Source: a virus
Taxonomy: Duplodnaviria; Caudoviricetes
Reading direction: 5' to 3' (one strand)
IMG/VR virus record: IMGVR_UViG_3300025082_000010
Coordinates: 1-50,278 of that record
DNA length: 50,278 bases
The position numbers and the translations under genes are program-made. How positions within the stretch are numbered: the stretch's first letter is position 1; each line of letters starts with the position of its first letter. The notes beneath the pieces are model-generated. The model was not told where the DNA came from. It worked only from the letters and a program-made list of their open reading frames with translations, and searched no databases. Positions 1 through 8,845 of the stretch are shown here, piece by piece.

Positions 1-127
1 CATTTGAAGAATACGTATGCATGGTTTCCGTATTCTTCTGCTATCCATACATTTTGATTCTTCTTGAATCGATGGGTGTCTTTTTTGGCCTTGAACATTT
101 TTACTTCCATAATTATCTAGTGTTTTA
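1..127. repeat. Exact direct repeat of 49607-49733 (contig end overlap, part A)
   Basis: Base-by-base identity over 127 bp; diverges at 128 vs 49734. Confidence 0.95.
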
Positions 128-131
128 ATTT

Positions 132-269
132 CTAAATCAATAGCGTTTCTATCTCGTAGCCTCGTGGGGTTTTGTGGGGCATGTGGAAATAAGGTTTATA
201 TCCTAGTTTGATACATCGCTCAAATAATCCCATTATCGTTTTGTCGTATTTTATTCTGTATTCGCTCAT
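132..269 (-). pseudogene. Truncated 45-aa allele of the 49964..50257 gene
   Basis: Manual translation MSEYRIKYDKTIMGLFERC...YEIETLLI*; same N-terminus as the end-of-window ORF, early TAG. Confidence 0.7.
142..254. repeat. Exact direct repeat of 50166-50278 (contig end overlap, part B)
   Basis: 113 bp identity running to the last base of the window. Confidence 0.95.
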
Positions 270-400
270 TTTGGTAGGTGTTTATCAATTAACACCTCTA
301 TTAAATTGTTTACGCTTCTATTCTGCTTCTTAGCTTCTGTCTTTAGTCGCAAAAGTAAACCCTCCGAAATACGGAAGGCTGTTTGTTTTTTTGTGGTCAT
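266..400 (-). CDS. Arc-like ribbon-helix-helix DNA-binding protein (44 aa, not in ORF track)
   Basis: MTTKKQTAFRISEGLLLRLKTEAKKQNRSVNNLIEVLIDKHLPK; FRI..L...LK..A....RS.N pattern; ATGA overlap with next gene. Confidence 0.75.
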   Translation of the reverse strand: MTTKKQTAFRISEGLLLRLKTEAKKQNRSVNNLIEVLIDKHLPK

Positions 401-401
401 G

Positions 402-803
402 TTAAAATTCATATCCTGAGTTTATCAAGTCTTTAGTGTATAGTTTAATGTCTGCTTCTGCTCCTCTCATGCCGTTCATTTTTCTTTTGTGGTTGATCTT
501 CCCTACATTGTAGTAAGAACCTCCAACTTCATCACCAACAAAAACACTTTTTGAAGAACCTTTGTAGCTTTTAGCGTCCCAAAATGCAAACTCTTTTTTC
601 GCAGTTTCTAAAAGAGATAAAGTTAAGATTTGAAAAGCAGTTAATTCTTTAACCTCTACTTCTTCAACAAACACATCGTCAGAAAATAAAATATCTAAAT
701 CAAAACCAGCTTCTTCTTTAGAATCGTGAGCCTCTATTTTTGCGATCATTTCAGCTTCTGTGTACTCTTTGCAGTTGTCTTCGTTTAAGATGATAGTTTC
801 CAT
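402..803 (-). CDS. Hypothetical protein
   Basis: 133-aa ORF with A-rich leader, abuts the Arc-like gene. Confidence 0.7.
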   Translation of the reverse strand: METIILNEDNCKEYTEAEMIAKIEAHDSKEEAGFDLDILFSDDVFVEEVEVKELTAFQILTLSLLETAKKEFAFWDAKSYKGSSKSVFVGDEVGGSYYNVGKINHKRKMNGMRGAEADIKLYTKDLINSGYEF

Positions 804-884
804 AGTTTCTTTTTGTTATGATGTAAATATAGATGTTATATATATGTTATACAAGTATTATACAAAAAAGGTTTCAAAATAATT

Positions 885-917
885 AAAAAAACTACTCCCA
901 TCCCTACAGGGAGTAGT
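885..917 (-). terminator. Intrinsic terminator
   Basis: ACTACTCCC-9nt-GGGAGTAGT perfect stem followed by T7 on the minus strand, downstream of the MazG-like gene. Confidence 0.7.
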
Positions 918-1012
918 AAAACCGTCTGTTTTTAGTTTGCCAAGGTTTTAGGATTAATTTGAATTGTTAAAATTAATTATTACAATAGGGTACAATGGCA
1001 ACTATCGACCCT

Positions 1013-1282
1013 TTAATCTAAATCTAGCTTATCAGGTAAATGTTTTATTATCTTATCTCTGGCATCTACTACGCGCCCTTCAATGTCATGAATACACGCT
1101 ATTTGTTCGATGATAATACTAACATCCGAAACCTCATTAACAAGGTCATCAGATGTTATCTCTTTGCTTCTCGATTTCTGCAATAGTGTTGCAAGTTCTA
1201 GAAGCTCCTCTATCCACTTATTAAGCATAGCATCATATCCATATTTTGAGTAGATACGGTTGTATAGGTCTGTGTTTTTCAT
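1013..1282 (-). CDS. MazG-like NTP pyrophosphohydrolase-family protein
   Basis: EELLEL...EVSDV acidic helical motifs. Confidence 0.6.
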   Translation of the reverse strand: MKNTDLYNRIYSKYGYDAMLNKWIEELLELATLLQKSRSKEITSDDLVNEVSDVSIIIEQIACIHDIEGRVVDARDKIIKHLPDKLDLD

Positions 1283-2298
1283 TAGAATAATTCTTTTTGT
1301 TCTGCAACTTCTGTAAACCTATTATTAACCCCTTTTAGGTTCATTATTGCTTGGTTATAGTAACTATCTTTAAGCTCCACACCTATTGCCTTACGCCCCA
1401 TTGAAACAGCTCCGTAAACCTCTGTACCACACCCCATAAAAGGAGTTAAAACCGTTTCGCCTTCATTAGAATATAAATCTATAATTCTATCAACAACATC
1501 TAGCTGAGTCGGTGTAACGTGTTTTTCGTCTTCTTCATCTTTTGATTCTTTATATTTTAAACAGTTTTCTACCCTTATGTCATCCCAAACAGCACTAGCA
1601 TACCTTTGCCAAATCATATGACTAAGTTTATTCGTTTTAGGGTCTTCATGATCTTTATACTTCTTGTTTATGTGTTCCCAAAGATCTTCACCATTAATAA
1701 AATTTGTTCCGTTAGCTCTGTTATAAATCCCTACTGTTTCTGGTAAAACAGGGGTAGCACCAGCATAGTGAGTTAAGCCAAATTCATGAGTAACGGGTGT
1801 TTTATTTTCTCCTTTTTTCTTAAACAAAAGAATATAGTCAGGCATAGCTGGATAATTTTTAGTAGAATCTTCTACTATAAATTTGTGCATTAATGACTGA
1901 ACCATTGTTTTTATTCTAACTTTTAAGGGTTCTTTCCAAGTTGTTATTTTACTCATATAAGTAAAGCCGTTAGCCTCATAAAGTTTGATTATTTCAGCTG
2001 GGAAATCAGTCAAAGCTCCATTATATTTGAAAAGATCAGTACAATGAACGGCATTAATACGACCATTTTTAGTAACTCTTGAAAGCTCTTTTACTAAGTA
2101 TTCATATTGCTTATAAAACTCTTCATTGCTAGAAACATTGCTCATATCACGCTCTGAACTTGAATAAGTATAAAGGCTTGCAAAGGGTGGAGAGTAAACC
2201 GATAAATCAACAGACTCATTAGGCATCTCTTTTATTACTTCCATAACATCACTATTATAGATAGCATAATCTTTTGTTATAATTTGTTCTTTAGTCAT
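1282..2298 (-). CDS. DNA amino-methyltransferase (beta class, probably N4-cytosine)
   Basis: Catalytic SPPF near N-terminus, SAM-binding PFMGCGT near C-terminus. Confidence 0.9.
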   Translation of the reverse strand: MTKEQIITKDYAIYNSDVMEVIKEMPNESVDLSVYSPPFASLYTYSSSERDMSNVSSNEEFYKQYEYLVKELSRVTKNGRINAVHCTDLFKYNGALTDFPAEIIKLYEANGFTYMSKITTWKEPLKVRIKTMVQSLMHKFIVEDSTKNYPAMPDYILLFKKKGENKTPVTHEFGLTHYAGATPVLPETVGIYNRANGTNFINGEDLWEHINKKYKDHEDPKTNKLSHMIWQRYASAVWDDIRVENCLKYKESKDEEDEKHVTPTQLDVVDRIIDLYSNEGETVLTPFMGCGTEVYGAVSMGRKAIGVELKDSYYNQAIMNLKGVNNRFTEVAEQKELF

Positions 2299-2299
2299 C

Positions 2300-3667
2300 T
2301 TAAATAAATTTAGGTAGCTGTACTTTTTTATTAAATTCTTTTACTTTTTGGTTAAACGATCCGTTAACATTATCAACCAAATTCTTATAAAGTTCTTTCG
2401 CTTTTTTTGTTTTTTGTTTCAGTGATTCTATAATTCTAGTTTGGCCGTCAGAAATAACAAGATCAACAGTTACCTCATTCTTTTGTCCAAATCTCCAAAA
2501 CCTCCTATAAGCTTGATACATTTGTTCATAACTCCAAGTAGGAAAGAACACACAGTGATTACAGTGTTGCCAGTTTAACCCCATCCCTGTCATTTTAGCC
2601 TTGGTAATAATTCTCTTTATTTTACCATTTGCAAAATCTAACAATATTTGCTCTTTTTTCTCTATAGATAAAGAACCTATTATCTCTACTGCTTCTGGGT
2701 CAAGTTCTTTCAATATTTCACTTTCTTTATTTGTATTACACCAATACACAGAGGTTTTGTCATGAGCCAGCTCTACAGCTTTTTCACATCGTTGTTGTTC
2801 TGTCTGTTTTTGCTCATGCCTAACCTCTGTCATTGTTTTTGCTATAGGGGTAAACATCTGTACCTGACCATCAACACTAATTAAAGATTGATTTTTTATT
2901 GTATGAGTATTTATAGTTAATTCAGGTAATACATATTTTTCATCTGAAAAACCTAAGTCACTAGGCATTTTAACCATTATTGCCCACTGATTAACCCATG
3001 AGAAAAAATCGTTTTCAGCATGTGGTTTTAGATAAAATTTATTACCTATATTATTTCTTCCTCCTGTATCATTTTGGTTATTTTTAAAAAAAGTGGCTAA
3101 CATATCCATATAACCCATATGTCCAAGAACCTCCGAGCTTGTCCCCAATTCAATAAAATCGTTAGGGCTGGGGGTCGCAGTTGACAGAAATCTATAAGGA
3201 ACTTTCTTTACAAAAGATGTAACTTGAGTTTTAATTTTGCCGTTAAAGTTTTTAAGAATGCTTGACTCATCTAATATCACACCTTCAAAATCTGATTTAT
3301 CAAAGTAGTGTAAGCGTTCATAGTTACATATTACAATACTTTTTGTATGAGAACCATGTTTTGAATATTCAACATCATCAATACCTAGTTTTTCAGCTTC
3401 TAGGATAAACTGAAACGCAACGGCAAGAGGGGTTAATATCAAAACCTTTCCTTTTGTGTGGTTTACAATGTTCTGAGCTAATGAAATTTGTATCAATGTC
3501 TTTCCTAGTCCAGTATCAGCGAAAACAGCCATACGACCTTTTAAAGTAGCTCTTTTTATTATCTCAGCTTGGAAATCAAAAGCAATATCAGGGATATAAT
3601 TAGCCTCAAAACCAGCGTTACCTATAGAGTGTCTTTTTGATTTTAATAGTTCGTAATATTCCTTCAT
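2300..3667 (-). CDS. SF2 (SNF2-like) helicase
   Basis: DTGLGKT Walker A, DESS Walker B, TATP motif III, GMGLNWQ and QAYRRFWRFGQ C-terminal motifs. Confidence 0.9.
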   Translation of the reverse strand: MKEYYELLKSKRHSIGNAGFEANYIPDIAFDFQAEIIKRATLKGRMAVFADTGLGKTLIQISLAQNIVNHTKGKVLILTPLAVAFQFILEAEKLGIDDVEYSKHGSHTKSIVICNYERLHYFDKSDFEGVILDESSILKNFNGKIKTQVTSFVKKVPYRFLSTATPSPNDFIELGTSSEVLGHMGYMDMLATFFKNNQNDTGGRNNIGNKFYLKPHAENDFFSWVNQWAIMVKMPSDLGFSDEKYVLPELTINTHTIKNQSLISVDGQVQMFTPIAKTMTEVRHEQKQTEQQRCEKAVELAHDKTSVYWCNTNKESEILKELDPEAVEIIGSLSIEKKEQILLDFANGKIKRIITKAKMTGMGLNWQHCNHCVFFPTWSYEQMYQAYRRFWRFGQKNEVTVDLVISDGQTRIIESLKQKTKKAKELYKNLVDNVNGSFNQKVKEFNKKVQLPKFI

Positions 3668-3749
3668 GCTGTCAAGTATTTTAATAGTTCGTAAAGTGCG
3701 GTTAATATAACCGCTGTTATTGTTATAGTCCAGAAGTATTTATTATCTA

Positions 3750-4094
3750 TCATAGTAGTGGCTTTGCTTGTTCTGGTAGGTCTATCTTCCTATAAATCTC
3801 CACCAACTCACATAAAGCCTCAAAAGCTGGCCATAGTTCTTGTTGTGTTTCTGTTAGGTAAGTGTTTAGAATCACCTCTCTCTTAGGCCAATCTATAACC
3901 GTATCTAGGTCTAGTCCGCTGTGAGGTTGTGGGGTGATTGCTTCATTTGCTTCTTTAACCTGCTTAAGTAGTTCGAATGCTTCTACTCGCTTTTTTAGAT
4001 CTTCAATAGGCTTGTAAAAGTGTTCGTCAACATATTCCTTCAGTTTTTTTATTTTCTTCTTTTTCATCTTTATTTGTTTAAGTCTACATTGCAA
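3750..4094 (-). CDS. Hypothetical protein
   Basis: First ORF of the leftward unit; start uncertain. Confidence 0.55.
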   Translation of the reverse strand: MQCRLKQIKMKKKKIKKLKEYVDEHFYKPIEDLKKRVEAFELLKQVKEANEAITPQPHSGLDLDTVIDWPKREVILNTYLTETQQELWPAFEALCELVEIYRKIDLPEQAKPLL

Positions 4095-4202
4095 TTATAC
4101 GCGCTTTAAAATTAAAAGACTAACATTATTTTACTTTTTTGGTAAATTAATTTTACTTGAAAGTTTTTGCAACCTTTACTTTGATGGTAACGTTTCTTAT
4201 CA

Positions 4203-4210
4203 TATATTTG
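4203..4210 (+). promoter_or_regulatory. Bacteroidota-type -7 promoter box
   Basis: TATATTTG matches TAnnTTTG, 27 nt before the first rightward gene in a divergent intergenic region. Confidence 0.6.
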
Positions 4211-4237
4211 AAGCATACAAAAAATGAACAGATGTAA

Positions 4238-4435
4238 ATGGACCTAAATCAAGAGATAACGGTAAGGGTCAATAAATGGCTAACAGACAACGGTATCCAG
4301 AAACAAAAACTACAAGAGATACTAAGTATTAGTAGGCCATCTTTGACCGCAAAATTAAACAATGATAGCACGTGGAAGAATAAAGAGATTGAGGTGCTCA
4401 AGCAAAACAAGATAATCAAAATAACAGTAAGATGA
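4238..4435 (+). CDS. Cro/XRE-like helix-turn-helix protein
   Basis: GIQKQKLQEILSISRPSLTAKLN HTH pattern; first gene of rightward operon. Confidence 0.7.
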   Translation: MDLNQEITVRVNKWLTDNGIQKQKLQEILSISRPSLTAKLNNDSTWKNKEIEVLKQNKIIKITVR

Positions 4436-4662
4436 AATTACAGACAGATATTAAAGTTTCCGATATTAAATCAGGGGACAAGATACATATAGTCGAATTA
4501 CTGACTAACTCGGATACAATATATAATGTCGAGTATGGACACGCTACGCCTATAGGAATAGACCCATTTGGAGTATATCTAGAGGGTTCGTATGTTGGTG
4601 AGCTTAGAACCTTTCTAACGATGCATGAAGAAGTAAACAACACTATAACCGTAATAAGATGA
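4432..4662 (+). CDS. Hypothetical protein
   Basis: ATGA overlaps on both sides. Confidence 0.65.
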   Translation: MKLQTDIKVSDIKSGDKIHIVELLTNSDTIYNVEYGHATPIGIDPFGVYLEGSYVGELRTFLTMHEEVNNTITVIR

Positions 4663-5168
4663 GTATTTACAAGAAACTATTTGAACTACAAAAAGAGATA
4701 GGCACGATAAGCAAGAGCACAACTAACCCGTTCTTCAAGTCTAAGTACTTTGATATAAACGCATTGATTGAGCATGTACAGCCATTACTAGAAAAACACG
4801 GGTTATTACTAACACAACCAATATCAAACGGTAGGGTTTATAGTATAATTCATGATGTAGGTAGCGAAAAAATTGACTTTACAGAAAGCTCTATAGATTT
4901 ACCTCAAATATCAGACCCTCAAAAACTAGGTTCTGCAATCACATATTATAGGAGGTATACGCTTGCTTCTTTGCTTGCTTTACAGGCTGAGGATGATGAT
5001 GGAAATAAAGCTTCTAGATCAGAACCAAAGCAACCCGCAAAACCCATTCTTTCAGATAAACAATATCAATCAGCATTAAAAGGTACTAAAAAACAGATTA
5101 AAAATGTTTTAGCATCTTATGAGTTGAGCCAATACAAAAGACAAGAACTAGAAAAACTAATAAAATAA
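4659..5168 (+). CDS. erf: ERF-family ssDNA annealing recombinase
   Basis: NPFFKSKY and GSAITYYRRYTL...EDDDGN motifs. Confidence 0.9.
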   Translation: MSIYKKLFELQKEIGTISKSTTNPFFKSKYFDINALIEHVQPLLEKHGLLLTQPISNGRVYSIIHDVGSEKIDFTESSIDLPQISDPQKLGSAITYYRRYTLASLLALQAEDDDGNKASRSEPKQPAKPILSDKQYQSALKGTKKQIKNVLASYELSQYKRQELEKLIK

Positions 5169-5170
5169 TT

Positions 5171-5518
5171 ATGTCACATACAATAGAGGGAAAACTACTA
5201 GTAAAATACGATACACAAGCTGTAAGTGATCGGTTTAGAAAAAGAGAGTTTGTTTTATACACAGAGGAAAACAACAACGGTACTATTTACGAAAACACCC
5301 CAAAATTTCAACTAACACAAGATAGATGTGATATACTTGATAATTTTAATCAAGGTGATAATATAAAGATCAATTTCAATGTAAGAGGCAACAAGTGGGA
5401 AAAAGACGGTACAACGTCTTATTTTACAAATCTTGATGCTTGGAAAATTGAGGCTATGGATAGTGTACAAAATCATGATTCACCAGTTCCAGAAGATGAA
5501 AAAATGCCTTGGGATTGA
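5171..5518 (+). CDS. DUF3127-type ssDNA-binding protein
   Basis: FRKREFV, FNVRGNKW, YFTNLDAWKI motifs, acidic aromatic tail, follows ERF. Confidence 0.85.
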   Translation: MSHTIEGKLLVKYDTQAVSDRFRKREFVLYTEENNNGTIYENTPKFQLTQDRCDILDNFNQGDNIKINFNVRGNKWEKDGTTSYFTNLDAWKIEAMDSVQNHDSPVPEDEKMPWD

Positions 5519-5721
5519 ACGAGTATATCATTATAGAGGGTAGTGACTATAAGAATATGTTTTTCATAGAGGCTAAGTTCTGGGTGATTTGCAACGACAC
5601 CCGTCACTATCTTTTCTACACAGAAGACCAGCATAAGCCTATAATATCGCTTAACTATTACAAGTGGACTATTATAGGGGAGAATGGGGAAATAAGAATG
5701 AACCCGTTTGATTACGTGGAG

Positions 5722-5848
5722 GTATAATATTGAGTGTTTGGGTAGTTGGGAATTGAAACACTACCCTACCAAATATTGACAACTTAAAATTGAAACACGA
5801 TGGAACAAAATACAGATAAAACCCAATTACCTAAACATATTGTTAGCA
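5722..5848 (+). repeat. attC-like palindromic site S1
   Basis: TAAT (stop of 5509..5727)-attgag-TGTTTGGGTAGTTGGG ... CCCAATTACCTAAACA-tatt-GTTAGCA. Confidence 0.65.
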
Positions 5849-5988
5849 ATAGCACATTAGATAAATGTATTGAATTGTTTGACAAATTAACGCCAATGGA
5901 AAGGTTGATTGTAATGGATAAGACTTGTAAAAATTGCGGAAACACTATTGAAGAATGGGTGTGTAGTAAATGTGATAACCCTTGCTAG
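5800..5988 (+). CDS. Small Cys-rich (CxxC...CxxC) cassette protein
   Basis: CKNC/CSKC; start codon lies inside site S1. Confidence 0.65.
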   Translation: MEQNTDKTQLPKHIVSNSTLDKCIELFDKLTPMERLIVMDKTCKNCGNTIEEWVCSKCDNPC

Positions 5989-6001
5989 TATTAATGCTAA
6001 C
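5842..6001 (+). mobile_element. Putative gene cassette C1
   Basis: Ends GTTAGCAATAGCAC / GTATTAATGCTAAC are complementary at 11/14 positions. Confidence 0.65.
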
Positions 6002-6062
6002 GTTTAAGCTAAAATTATGTTTATGAGCAAAGCGAAGAAATTAAATTTAGGTATTGTTATAA
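5995..6062 (+). repeat. attC-like palindromic site S2
   Basis: TGCTAAC-gtttaag-CTAAAATTA ... TAAATTTAG-gtatt-GTTATAA. Confidence 0.7.
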
Positions 6063-6175
6063 ACCCGAAGGGTGAGCAGTTGGTTTGTCCTGTATGTAGA
6101 AGCAGAAGAATAAAACAAGACCCTAAATGGGAGGATAATGAATGTTTGAATTGTAATAAGATTTGGACAAACTAA
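6023..6175 (+). CDS. Zinc-ribbon-like cassette protein (50 aa, not in ORF track)
   Basis: MSKAKKLNLGIVINPKGEQLVCPVCRSRRIKQDPKWEDNECLNCNKIWTN; start inside site S2. Confidence 0.65.
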   Translation: MSKAKKLNLGIVINPKGEQLVCPVCRSRRIKQDPKWEDNECLNCNKIWTN

Positions 6176-6186
6176 TTGTTTATAAC
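6056..6186 (+). mobile_element. Putative gene cassette C2
   Basis: Perfect 9-bp complementary ends GTTATAAAC / GTTTATAAC. Confidence 0.75.
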
Positions 6187-6230
6187 ATTGAAATAAAGCG
6201 CGTTTTAATGCGCATTATGGAATGTTATCA
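6180..6230 (+). repeat. attC-like palindromic site S3
   Basis: TTATAAC-attgaa-ATAAAGCGC-gttttaat-GCGCATTAT-ggaat-GTTATCA. Confidence 0.7.
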
Positions 6231-6704
6231 GGCGTTTTAATGCCTTTATTTAAAAATAAGAAAATGACAATAGAAGAGAAAGTAGAACAAGCCCTACCGC
6301 TACACATACCTTTTAGCGCGTACGGAATAGCAGAAATAGTTTACCCCAACCTAAGGAGGAAACACCCTAAAGGACACTTTATTAACACAGGGGAGGGTGA
6401 TGTTAAGATAGTTCTTGCTAAATTGGACTATGTAGAGGATCTTGGTGACGGGATGTATTGTATAGAAAAAATAGAGTTATGACACAGAGTAAAGCATTTG
6501 AATACTTAATCGAAAACAAAGAGAATTGCAGAATAGCAATGGGCATGCTGACAAGCTCAGAGGAAAGCGCTCCTATTTGGGAGGCACTCAGAGAAACCCT
6601 GTTAAACCTTCAACAAGCGATTGCACAAGATAACTATGATGAGGTTGTTGAGTCAATAGATAGGAGTGAGGTTATTTGGGAATCTATAAAAAAGGATATA
6701 AAAA

Positions 6705-6732
6705 AAGCCTAGGAAGATGAAAACCTAGGCTT
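6705..6732. terminator. Stem-loop, possible terminator
   Basis: AAGCCTAGG-10nt-CCTAGGCTT at the end of 6458..6712, A-run on the left. Confidence 0.45.
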
Positions 6733-7132
6733 CATTAATAAGACACTTTAAACAAAGTAATAAAACTATGGTACAAATGTACAAAAAAACAACTACAATA
6801 AACGAGCTTCACCGTAAGTTTTCAACAACTGACTATCCAGCTTGTAAACATTTATGGGATTCTATGGATAGAATGGGGTTCGAATTATGGCAATCAATAG
6901 TTGATGAAACATATGATAGAGGAGGTGGTTTTGACCTTCTTAACTTTATGGAAGATCACTCCTACAGTTATGATTTAAGAGATGTATTCTTTGACCTGCA
7001 AGACTTAGGGTTTTGCGAGATTCACGCACATAAAATATTAAAGAGACCCTTTGTATATTTTATACCTATTATAGATTCTATGTATAATCTCACTGAGTGT
7101 AATTTAATACAGCATGTAAACGAGGATGTAAA

Positions 7133-7504
7133 TTGAAGGCGATAGTAAGACGGGTTACGCTACATAAAGCCAGTAGGCGCGCAGATGATTCAGTAGCAAT
7201 TACCTTCATAACCGACACAGAGCAAAGCTCTAAGCAGCTAACAGAGCTAGACGAAGCCAGAAAGCAGGGAGGAGCGCTATACTTCAAGCCTAACGGGATA
7301 TTAAACGAAGAGGAGGCCAAAGCCATAGACAACGCTGGTATCAAGCCAGAAGGCAAGAGTAAGAGCCAACAGTTAAGGGGTGCTATTTGGGCAACTTGGA
7401 AGACAAAGAAGGGTTTAGGGCTTACAGAATTAACAGAAGAGCAGTATTATAACGCTAGGATGGAGCATTACAAGGCTATGGAGCGAGAAGAAAGAGAGAT
7501 TTAA
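7133..7504 (+). CDS. Phage hypothetical protein
   Basis: 123-aa ORF overlapping upstream stop; KSQQLR...W...YY...ME pattern. Confidence 0.6.
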   Translation: MKAIVRRVTLHKASRRADDSVAITFITDTEQSSKQLTELDEARKQGGALYFKPNGILNEEEAKAIDNAGIKPEGKSKSQQLRGAIWATWKTKKGLGLTELTEEQYYNARMEHYKAMEREEREI

Positions 7505-7745
7505 ACAGATAAAAAGATGGCAAGATATAGAATTACTAATTATAAAAACGAAGGGTATATTGTTCAAGATAGGTCATGGAGAGATGTACCATTTACATGG
7601 AACACACACAGAGAACCCTATTACTGGTGTTATCGTATTTTTGGTACAATAGAAGAAGCTAAAAAGTATTTAAAAGAATATATTGAAAAAGAGAAGAAAT
7701 ACAAAGAGGAAGTAAAGAAAATGAAATACACTGAATACTTGTAAT

Positions 7746-7886
7746 ATGTACATAGTAAATAAATTTAAACCATTTTATAGGTTTCTAAAAAAAGAGGATA
7801 TACTACAAAACAATGTAGTAAATTACGCTGAAATGCAGCATTACAAGGCTATAGAGAGAGATGAAAGGGAGCTGTTAAACAGGTAA
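7746..7886 (+). pseudogene. Chimeric 46-aa ORF: diverged VRR-NUC 5' end fused to 3' end of the 7133..7504 gene
   Basis: MYIVNKFKPF...VVNYAEMQH (cf. 8432) continues in frame as HYKAIERDERE (cf. HYKAMEREERE). Confidence 0.8.
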
Positions 7887-8431
7887 AAAAATGAATAAGA
7901 AAGATTTTATAAACCTATTAATAAGGTTTTACGAAGAGTCTACAATTACAGAAGATGATTTTAATGTGATAATGAGTATGCTAAACCACGGATACGCAAA
8001 GGGGTATATTGATAAAACTGTGTCAGTGTTTTTAGATTCCTCAGATGATTATTATGAGTTAATAGAAAACCTGTATGGATTATGCAGCAGAATGGATGAA
8101 AAAGACTTTTAAACAGATAAAACGATGAATGACAAAACATTTAAAGAAGACGCAAAACAGATAGTAGATATAGTATTTAATGGTAATCTATTTAAGGCTG
8201 AAATTACAAGAGACGATATGAATTGTCTTCAAGACTTTATAGAAAACTCTTTAAAACGAAGGTACGGAACTTATAAAAGAGCTGATCAATTTATTAAATC
8301 TATTGAAAGATTAGATAATATGCCTAGATGGGATTTATCTGTTTCTGAGAGTCATGGACATGGTGAGATTTCCATTGATGAAGATATAGATGGGGATTGG
8401 GTTAAGTTTGAGGATGTAAAAAAACTAAACG

Positions 8432-8845
8432 ATGTACATAGTAAATAAATTCAACCCCTTCTTTAAAAAGTTGGGAAAAGAGGACTTACTACAAAATGCT
8501 GTAGTAAATTACGCTGAAATGCAGCACCAAGCAATTGCAATTCCATGTAATACTGAGGGCAAGAAAACAACATTTGTCAGGTGGTTATATTTAGTTATAG
8601 GAGGTAGAAAAGGCACTTTAGATTTATTCTTTCCGTATGCTAGAGGTGGGTTTCATGGGTTGTTTATTGAGCTTAAAAAAGATGGTGTAAAGATCTTTAA
8701 AAAGGATGGTTCCATGAGGTCTAACGAACATTTAGAACGCCAACATAAAACCATCCAAGCACATCGTAAAAACGGATACAAAGCAGAATTTGCAATAGGA
8801 TTTGAGGAATCAAAAGACATTTTAGACAACTATTTTAAGAAATAA
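8432..8845 (+). CDS. VRR-NUC / PD-(D/E)xK nuclease
   Basis: E..LQ, G..DLF, GLFIELK, Q....GY motifs. Confidence 0.85.
   Translation: MYIVNKFNPFFKKLGKEDLLQNAVVNYAEMQHQAIAIPCNTEGKKTTFVRWLYLVIGGRKGTLDLFFPYARGGFHGLFIELKKDGVKIFKKDGSMRSNEHLERQHKTIQAHRKNGYKAEFAIGFEESKDILDNYFKK

Noticed and set aside
1-127. True direct terminal repeat of the virion DNA
   Set aside because: The second copy is internal, starts mid-gene and has k-mer-like length; better explained by assembly of a circular or permuted genome
3641-3720. 16-bp direct repeat TTTTAATAGTTCGTAA and palindrome GCGGTTAATATAACCGC
   Set aside because: Lie in coding sequence (helicase start and a probable 29-aa hydrophobic ORF); single occurrence with no supporting context
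5722-6230. Hairpin arrays as a CRISPR array
   Set aside because: Repeats are not identical, spacers are gene-sized and coding, and no cas genes are present
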